NCBI RefSeq assembly: GCF_001598795.1
Contig: NZ_BCZP01000004.1
Location: forward strand, 60,001-92,000
Length of the DNA stretch: 32,000 nt
Direction of reading: 5' to 3'
From: Delftia acidovorans NBRC 14950
GTDB taxonomy: Bacteria > Pseudomonadota > Gammaproteobacteria > Burkholderiales > Burkholderiaceae_C
Position 1 is the stretch's first letter. Each line of letters starts with the position of its first letter. Position numbers and translations under genes: made by a program. Shown here in pieces: positions 26,120-32,000 of the stretch. Under the pieces are notes generated by a model. That model was not told the DNA's origin and ran no database searches. It worked only from the letters and a program-made list of their open reading frames with translations.

Positions 26120-26260
26120 GGGCAGCGATTGTAGGAACTCCGGGGCGGCCGTGCCGGGCACGAGGATTCCCCCAGAAAAACGGCCTGCGCCCCCAGCACC
26201 AAGCGCGATGCATGGAAACTGGCGCGGCCAAAGCCAGGGGCTCAGGGGGTGCCGTTGATT

Positions 26261-26830
26261 TCAGGTGCAGACAGAGACGACTTGAGCCGGCTGGCGGCTC
26301 AGGCTCACATACACATGGCCCACGCCGCTGTCGAAATATGCGGCCTCGTGGCGGCCCAGCTCCACCGATTCGCCGTTCTCGAACAGGATGCGCACCCGGC
26401 CCGAGAGCACCATCACGAACTCCTGGCCCGCATGGCGGATGGTCTCCGAGAATTCGCCGGCCTCGCGCGCATTGATCACGGCCACCAGGGGCTGCATCTT
26501 CTTGCCCGGGAAGGCGCCGCACAGCACGCTGTAGAGGTACTGGTCGGTCTCGTAGCGCTGCACGTCCTCGAAGCAGTCCTTGACCACGGTGGGCGTGTCG
26601 CCGGCCGCCTGCTGGGCGTCCCCGACCATGAACAGCCGTGTCATGTCGATGTCCAGCGCGTTGCCCAGCATGAGCACCTTCTCGTAACTCAGCGCGATCT
26701 GGCCGCGCTCGGCCTTGGAGATGGTGGACACGGCCAGCCCGCTGCTTTCGGCCACCTGCTGCAGCGTCAGGCCACGCTCCTTGCGCGCCTTGCGCAGCTT
26801 GGCGCCCACTTCGTGCTTGCCCGCAGGCAT
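26261..26830 (-). CDS. XRE-family HTH regulator with a C-terminal cupin domain (PuuR-like architecture)
   Basis: KLRKARKERGLTLQQVAESSGLAVSTISKAERGQ is the HTH_XRE motif. The C-terminal HAGQEFVMVLSGRVRILFENGESVELGRHEAAYFDSGVGH is a cupin. This is the C-terminal 189 aa of the composite track ORF 26261..27751. Confidence 0.85.
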   Translation of the reverse strand: MPAGKHEVGAKLRKARKERGLTLQQVAESSGLAVSTISKAERGQIALSYEKVLMLGNALDIDMTRLFMVGDAQQAAGDTPTVVKDCFEDVQRYETDQYLYSVLCGAFPGKKMQPLVAVINAREAGEFSETIRHAGQEFVMVLSGRVRILFENGESVELGRHEAAYFDSGVGHVYVSLSRQPAQVVSVCT

Positions 26831-26893
26831 GGCGGCGGCCGTGCGGGCGCCCGGCAGCACGGCGGCGAGGACCTGGTCTGGCGTGGGGAGAGT

Positions 26894-26941
26894 GCTGGAC
26901 CTGGGGCTGGACCTGGGGCTGGATCTGGTGCGGGGGCTGGG
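26894..26941. repeat. 12-bp tandem repeat, 4 units (2 perfect, 2 degenerate)
   Basis: Units are gctggacctggg gctggacctggg gctggatctggt gcgggggctggg. The repeat lies between the YkvI-like stop and the XRE-regulator start. Confidence 0.75.
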
Positions 26942-26997
26942 CATGAAGCGGGCGATCGGGGCTGGCGACCGCCCGATTCTAGGGTCAGGCCCGGCCG

Positions 26998-28083
26998 TCA
27001 GGCGCCGCGCAGGCCGGCCCCGGGCGCCTGCCTGCGGCCCATGCGCAGCCAGCCCACCAGCGCGCAGGCCATGAGGGCGAAGCCGATGTAGCCATAGACC
27101 GGGTAGACCATGCCCACCAGCGTGATGAAGCCCGCGAAGCTGCCGCCCAGGGCCAGCACGCCCGCCACGCCCGTGCCCCAGCGAAAACGCGGCGTGCCGG
27201 CCGGCAGGATGCGGGCCACGAAGGCATAGAGCATGCCCACGGCCGTGTTGAGGATCATGCCGAAGATGACCAGCGACATCAGGTGCCCCAGCCAGGGCGA
27301 GATCTGCGTGGCCAGCGACAGCATGGGCATGGACAGGCCGCCCAGCGTGTCCATGCGCCAGTACATCGCGGCCGCGATCATCAGCATCAGCAGGCCCAGC
27401 AGCAGCCCGCCCGCCACGCCGCCCCACAGCGCCACGCGGCGCGAGCTGGCCTGCCCGCCCATGATCACCAGGAAGGGCATGCCTGCCACCACGTTGTAGG
27501 ACACATAGAGCAGCGCGGCCACCAGCCAGTGGCCGGCGCCCCGGGGCTGGGTGGCGGCGGCGGCCTCCAGTGCAGCCATGTCGCCGTGGGGCGTCACCAG
27601 CACGTAGCCGGCGACCACCACGGTCATGAACACCAGCAGCGGCGTGACGGCGCCGATGAAGGCGATCACCCGGCCCACGTCCAGGCAGACGATGAGCACC
27701 GTGGCGACGGTGGCCAGCACGCTGCCCCAGACCTCGGGCAGGCCCAGCCACTGGTGCAGCAGCGAGCCCGCGCCCGCCAGCATGACCACCGTGATGGCAA
27801 ACAGGAAGAAGGTGATCAGCACATCGAACACCATGCCCACATGCCGGCCCAGCAGGGCCTGCACCACTTCCTTGTGCGAGCCGGCCTGCAGGCGCTGGCC
27901 CATGGTGGAGAACGCCATGGACAGGAAGACGAAGGCCAGGGCCGCCACCAGGCAGCCCGCCAGGCCGATGGCGCCAAAGCCCGCGAAGAACTGCAATATC
28001 TCCTGCCCCGAGGCGAAGCCCGCCCCGACGATGACGCCGACGAAGGCGCCGGCAATCCTGCTCACTTCCTTGAATGCACCCAT
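26998..28083 (-). CDS. YkvI-family polytopic membrane protein (putative transporter)
   Basis: The N-terminal VGVIVGAGFASGQEILQFF motif is what I associate with the YkvI family. There are about 10-11 hydrophobic segments. AAGGAGA lies 5 nt upstream of the ATG at 28083. Confidence 0.78.
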   Translation of the reverse strand: MGAFKEVSRIAGAFVGVIVGAGFASGQEILQFFAGFGAIGLAGCLVAALAFVFLSMAFSTMGQRLQAGSHKEVVQALLGRHVGMVFDVLITFFLFAITVVMLAGAGSLLHQWLGLPEVWGSVLATVATVLIVCLDVGRVIAFIGAVTPLLVFMTVVVAGYVLVTPHGDMAALEAAAATQPRGAGHWLVAALLYVSYNVVAGMPFLVIMGGQASSRRVALWGGVAGGLLLGLLMLMIAAAMYWRMDTLGGLSMPMLSLATQISPWLGHLMSLVIFGMILNTAVGMLYAFVARILPAGTPRFRWGTGVAGVLALGGSFAGFITLVGMVYPVYGYIGFALMACALVGWLRMGRRQAPGAGLRGA

Positions 28084-28144
28084 GCCTGTCTCCTTGGATT
28101 GTTGTGTGTTGCGGGGGCTGAAAAGGTGAAAAAGGGATGACGGG

Positions 28145-29302
28145 TCAGGCCGCGAAGCGCGCCGGACTCAGCCGCAGGGCATCGACGCCCTGCGCCAGCA
28201 GTTCGGCGGGCAGCGGCTCGCGCATCAGCAGCGCGGCCGCGGCGGCCGAGGCGCCGGCTGCCGTCTGTATGCCGTAGCCGCCCTGCCCGGCCAGCCAGAA
28301 AAATCCCTCGCGCTGCGCATCCCAGCCGATCACGAAGTCGTCGTCGGGAGCAAAGCTGCGCAGCCCGGCCCAGACATGGCGCGGCCGGCGTATGCGCAGG
28401 CGGGTCAGTGTCTCGATGCGGTCTATGCCCATGGCCACGTCCAGTTCCTCGGCCACCACGTCGTGCGGCGGCACGGGATCGGCATTGGCGGGCGAGCCCA
28501 GCAGCTGGCCCGCATCGGGCTTGAAGTAGAAGCTCTCGTCCACGCCGATCACGGCAGGCCAGCCGTGGATGTCCTCGCCCTCGGGTGCGGCAAACGTGAA
28601 GGCCGAGCGGCGCCGGGGCTCGATGCCCAGCGGCCGCGCGCCGCACAGCCGGGCCACGGCATCGGCCCAGGCGCCTGCGGCATTGACCACGGCGCGGGCG
28701 CGGACCTGCGACCCGTCCTGCAGCACCAGGGTCCACAGGCCCTGGCCATCACCATCCACCTCACGCTCGGCGCCGGACAGTTCGGCGCCGCAGCGCAGCC
28801 GCGCACCGGCACGCGCCATGCCGCGCAGAAAGCCCTGGTGCAGTTCGGCCACGTCGATGTCCATGGCGTCCAGGTCATGCACGGCGCCCACGAGCAGGCT
28901 CTCCTCCAGGCAGGGCACCAGGGCGCAGGCCTGGCGCGCGTCGATGCGCTCGGCGCGCAGGCCGTCGCGGCGGTACATGGCCAGGGCCTCGTCCAGCTGA
29001 GGTTCCTGGCCGGCCGTTCCTATGTAGAGCACGCTGCGCGGCTGCAGCAGCGCGTGCTCGCAAAAACCTTCAGGCGGCGCGCTGTAGAAGCCACGGCTGG
29101 CGCGTGTCAGCGCGCGTATCTGCGCGGTGCCGTAGCTCTCCATGAACATGGCGGCCGAGCGGCCCGTGGCGTGGTATCCGGGCTGCGGCTCGCGTTCCAG
29201 CACCAGCACCGAGGCGCCCGCACCGGCCAGCCGCCAGGCCACGGAGGCGCCGGCCATGCCGGCACCGATCACGGCGAAATCCAGAACCTGGCTTTCCATC
29301 AT
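28145..29302 (-). CDS. FAD-dependent oxidoreductase of the D-amino-acid dehydrogenase (DAO) family, DauA-like
   Basis: DFAVIGAGMAGASVAWRL (dinucleotide fold), EREPQPGYHATGRSAA, and C-terminal GLRSF...GFFWLAGQGGYGIQTAAG. GGAG lies 6 nt upstream of the ATG at 29302. ATGs at 29314 and 29299 are alternatives. Confidence 0.83.
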   Translation of the reverse strand: MMESQVLDFAVIGAGMAGASVAWRLAGAGASVLVLEREPQPGYHATGRSAAMFMESYGTAQIRALTRASRGFYSAPPEGFCEHALLQPRSVLYIGTAGQEPQLDEALAMYRRDGLRAERIDARQACALVPCLEESLLVGAVHDLDAMDIDVAELHQGFLRGMARAGARLRCGAELSGAEREVDGDGQGLWTLVLQDGSQVRARAVVNAAGAWADAVARLCGARPLGIEPRRRSAFTFAAPEGEDIHGWPAVIGVDESFYFKPDAGQLLGSPANADPVPPHDVVAEELDVAMGIDRIETLTRLRIRRPRHVWAGLRSFAPDDDFVIGWDAQREGFFWLAGQGGYGIQTAAGASAAAAALLMREPLPAELLAQGVDALRLSPARFAA

Positions 29303-29396
29303 CCATCGCTCCATTTTTTCCAATGAGAAAATTATCCGATAAGAAAAAAATGAGGCAAGCCCCTGGTCCTCGTGGTTTTCACCGGGTGCGCCGGAC

Positions 29397-29426
29397 AAGA
29401 AAAAAGGGACGGCGCCTGGCCGTCCC
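29397..29426 (-). terminator. Intrinsic terminator of the efflux operon
   Basis: GGGACGGC-N5-GCCGTCCC (8-bp GC-rich stem), followed on the minus strand by UUUUUUCUU. It starts about 24 nt after the outer-membrane gene stop. Confidence 0.7.
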
Positions 29427-29449
29427 TTGTGGCAATGCGCGCCGCACGC

Positions 29450-30883
29450 TCAGGCCGGCGGCAGCTTTCCGTCCCAGCCACCGGCCAGGGCCTGGTACAG
29501 CGCCACGGCGGCGCGCAGGCCGCGCGCACGGCTGTCGGCGGCCGCGTCCTGGGCCGCATACAGGTCGCGCTGCGCATCCAGCACTTCGTACAGGCCCACG
29601 CTGCCCAGCTGGTAGCGGCGCTGCGCCAGTTGCTCGGCACGCTGGCGCTGCTCGGCAGCCTGCGCCAGGTGGGCGTCTTCGCTGCGCGTGCGCTGCAGGC
29701 GCACCAGGGCGTTCTCCGTGTCCTCCAGCGCCAGCAGCACGGTCTGCTGGTACTGGGCCAGCGCAGCCTGGGCGCCGGCCTCGCTGGCCGCGATGCGCGC
29801 CCGCACGCGGCCCACGTCGAGAAAGGACCAGTCCACGCCCAGGAACACGCTGCTGCGGGCGCTGGCGCCCTCGAACAGCGCGCCGCCGTGCAACGCCGTG
29901 CTGCCCAGCAGCCCGCCCAGCGACAGGCGCGGGAACAGGTCGGCCGTGGCCACGCCGATGCGTGCCGTGGCCGCATGCAGCCGTGCCTCGGCCACGGCCA
30001 CGTCCGGGCGCCGGCGCAGCAGGCCGGCCGGCGTGCCGGGGTCGATGGCCGGCGGCAGCTGCGGCAGGGCGGCAGGCGCATCCAGCGCGGCGATCAGCGC
30101 CTCGGGCACCTGGCCCGTGAGCACGGCCAGCCGGTGCTGCGCCATGGCGATCTGCGCCTGCAGCGCGGGAATGCGCGAGCGCGTGGCCTCCAGCTGGGCC
30201 TGGGCGCGCGCCAGGTCGAACTCGGTGCCGCTGCCGTGCGCCAGGCGCAGCTGCACCAGGCGCAGCGTGTCCTGCTGGTTGGCCGCATTGGCCTGCGCCA
30301 AGGCCAGGCGCTGCTGCCAGCCGCGCAGGTCGGCGTAGCTGCCCGCCACCTGGGCCGCAATGGCCACCTGCAGGGCCGCCAGGTCGGCCGCATCGGCGCG
30401 CAGGTCGGCATGCCGCGCCTCGATGCTGCGCCGCACGCGGCCGAACACGTCGATCTCCCAGCTCGCGGCCAATCCGGCGGTGTAGCTGCGCTGGCTGCGC
30501 GGGCCATAGAAGGCCTCGCTCTCGCTGAGCTTTTGCTGCGTGGCCCGGCCCGACATCGTGATCGTGGGTAGCTGGTCGAAGCGGCTTTCGCGCAGCAGCG
30601 CCTGGGCACCGTCCAGCCGCGCCAGCGCCACCTGCAGGTCCTGGTTGTCGCCCAGCGCGCGCTCCACCAGCTGCGTCAGCTGCGGGTCCTGGAACTGGCG
30701 CCAGAAGGCGGCGTCAGGCTCGGCCTGGGGGGTGGCCGGTGCAGGCTCGGCCCGCGCGAACTGCGCTGCGGCCCGCGGCGCCGCAGGCGCCTTGAAGTCG
30801 GGGCCGACCGCGCAGCCGCCCACCAGGGCGGCGGATGCCAGCGCCAGCGCGTGGCGGCTCAGGGACTTGCGTATCTCAGGCAT
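29450..30883 (-). CDS. RND efflux outer-membrane lipoprotein (NodT/OprM family)
   Basis: MPEIRKSLSRHALALASAALVGGCAVGPDFKAP carries the lipobox and the family N-terminal motif. The rest shows the two-repeat OEP architecture. The start overlaps the permease stop by 8 nt. Confidence 0.9.
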   Translation of the reverse strand: MPEIRKSLSRHALALASAALVGGCAVGPDFKAPAAPRAAAQFARAEPAPATPQAEPDAAFWRQFQDPQLTQLVERALGDNQDLQVALARLDGAQALLRESRFDQLPTITMSGRATQQKLSESEAFYGPRSQRSYTAGLAASWEIDVFGRVRRSIEARHADLRADAADLAALQVAIAAQVAGSYADLRGWQQRLALAQANAANQQDTLRLVQLRLAHGSGTEFDLARAQAQLEATRSRIPALQAQIAMAQHRLAVLTGQVPEALIAALDAPAALPQLPPAIDPGTPAGLLRRRPDVAVAEARLHAATARIGVATADLFPRLSLGGLLGSTALHGGALFEGASARSSVFLGVDWSFLDVGRVRARIAASEAGAQAALAQYQQTVLLALEDTENALVRLQRTRSEDAHLAQAAEQRQRAEQLAQRRYQLGSVGLYEVLDAQRDLYAAQDAAADSRARGLRAAVALYQALAGGWDGKLPPA

Positions 30884-32000
30884 GTGGGGACTCCAGGGAG
30901 GCGGGCTGGGCAGGCCCGGTGGAATGCGCAGGCGCATGCCCCGTCAGCGCGCGGCCCGAAAGCCGGCGCAGCGTGACGTAGAACACCGGCGTGAGGAACA
31001 GGCCGAACAGGGTCACGCCCAGCATTCCCGAGAACACGGTCACGCCCGTGGCCGCGCGCACCTCGCTGCCCGCGCCGCCACCGATGAGCAGGGGCACGGC
31101 CCCCGCGATGAAGGCGATCGAGGTCATGACGATGGGCCGCAGCCGCAGGCGGCAGGCCTGCAGCGCGGCATCGACGATGCCCACGCCGCGCAGCTCCAGC
31201 TCGCGTGCGAATTCCACGATCAGGATGGCGTTCTTGCAGGCCAGCCCCATCAGCACCACCAGGCCCACCTGCACGAAGACGTTGTTGTCGCCGCCGGCCA
31301 GCCAGACGCCGAACAGCGCCGCGCAGATGCACACGGGCACGATGAGGATCACGGCCAGCGGCAGCGTCCAGCTCTCGTAGAGCGCGGCCAGCACCAGGAA
31401 GACCAGCATCACGGCAATGGCGAAGACCACTGCCGCGGCGTTGCTCTGCTCCACCTGCTGGTAGCTCAGGTCGGTCCAGGCCAGCTCGATGCCGCGCGGC
31501 AGCGTGCGCTGCGCGATCTCCTGGAGCTTGGCCAGCACCTCGCCCGAGGACAGCACGCGCGGGTCGGAGTCGCCGATCAGATCGGCCGCCGGAAAGCCGT
31601 TGTAGCGCAGCACCGGGTCGGGGCCGAAGCTGGGCACCACGGTGACCATGGAGCCTATGGGCACCATCTCGCCGCGCGCATTGCGCGTGCGCAGACTGGC
31701 GATGTCCTCCACGGTCTGGCGGTGGTCCGCGTCGGCCTGCAGCATCACGCGCCAGACGCGGCCGAAGGCGTTGAAGTCGTTGACGTAGACCGATCCCAGG
31801 TAGGCCTGCAGCGTCTGGAACAGGTCGGTCAGCGCCACGCCCTGGGCCTTGGCCTTGGTGCGGTCCACCTTGACTTCCAGCTGCGGGATGTTGGACTGGT
31901 AGCTGCTGACCGGGTAGGTCATGCCCGGCGTTTTGGCGATCTCGGCCTGGAAGGCCTGCAGCGCCTGCTGCAGCGCCGCGTAGCCCAGGCCCGCGCGGTC
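30876..32000 (-). CDS. RND multidrug efflux permease (AcrB/MexB, HAE1 family). Only the C-terminal ~374 codons are present because the gene continues beyond the right edge.
   Basis: ...YESWTLPLAVILIVPVCICAALFGVWLAGGDNNVFVQVGLVVLMGLACKNAILIVEFA...LRPIVMTSIAFIAGAVPLLI are typical TM10-12 motifs. The frame stays open to position 32000. Confidence 0.92.
   Translation of the reverse strand, partial: DRAGLGYAALQQALQAFQAEIAKTPGMTYPVSSYQSNIPQLEVKVDRTKAKAQGVALTDLFQTLQAYLGSVYVNDFNAFGRVWRVMLQADADHRQTVEDIASLRTRNARGEMVPIGSMVTVVPSFGPDPVLRYNGFPAADLIGDSDPRVLSSGEVLAKLQEIAQRTLPRGIELAWTDLSYQQVEQSNAAAVVFAIAVMLVFLVLAALYESWTLPLAVILIVPVCICAALFGVWLAGGDNNVFVQVGLVVLMGLACKNAILIVEFARELELRGVGIVDAALQACRLRLRPIVMTSIAFIAGAVPLLIGGGAGSEVRAATGVTVFSGMLGVTLFGLFLTPVFYVTLRRLSGRALTGHAPAHSTGPAQPASLESPHA

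Noticed and set aside
26120-26260. Possible SAH, SAM or cobalamin riboswitch in the leader of the metH-type gene
   Set aside because: I read the minus-strand leader and could not find the conserved cores I know for these classes. An Infernal scan would settle it.
26831-27751. The upstream 307 codons of the 496-aa composite ORF 26261..27751
   Set aside because: Only the last 189 aa form a coherent XRE-cupin protein. The upstream part reads through the YkvI-like gene in a different frame.

Overview
All calls come from reading the ORF translations and the raw sequence by eye. I ran no database search, so family assignments rest on motif recognition. The window is a very G+C-rich chromosomal segment (about 70% by eye, with G/C in nearly all third codon positions). 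It looks betaproteobacterial, probably Comamonadaceae. The grounds for that are three Bug/TTT solute-binding genes without tctAB, a MetH-type homocysteine module encoded as its own gene, and many family-III CoA-transferases. This lineage call is inference.

Gene content is mostly accessory catabolism:
- (i) A quinone-oxidoreductase and CaiB CoA-transferase pair, divergent from a LysR regulator, a Bug gene and an acyl-CoA synthetase.
- (ii) A Bug gene, an 86-codon small ORF and an amidase-signature amidase. This cassette has visibly lower GC3 than its surroundings.
- (iii) On the minus strand, formamidase fmdA, fmdB, a Bug gene, an orphan LivK-like solute-binding protein and a Zn-ADH.
- (iv) A DUF35, thiolase, acyl-CoA dehydrogenase and PaaI thioesterase operon, followed by a LysR regulator and a second CaiB-type transferase.
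- (v) An MCP and a porin.
- (vi) A MetH-type homocysteine module followed by an orphan low-complexity protein with four C-terminal cysteines.
- (vii) A DauA-like FAD dehydrogenase, a YkvI-family membrane protein and an XRE-cupin regulator.
- (viii) The 3' end of an RND efflux operon (permease plus NodT-type outer-membrane lipoprotein).

Four gene pairs overlap by ATGA, which suggests translational coupling. I saw no tRNA, rRNA, CRISPR array, IS element, integrase or phage gene.

The most unusual items are:
- the unclassifiable Ala/Pro/Gln-rich ORF downstream of the metH fragment, which contains a ~450-nt tract free of stop codons in all six frames;
- the small ORF that overlaps the genes on both sides, just upstream of the amidase;
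- a repeat element that starts with CACCCCCTGAG within about 10 nt downstream of a stop codon at three sites;
- recurring short motifs in several promoter regions.

I did not recognise any defence, toxin or secretion system.
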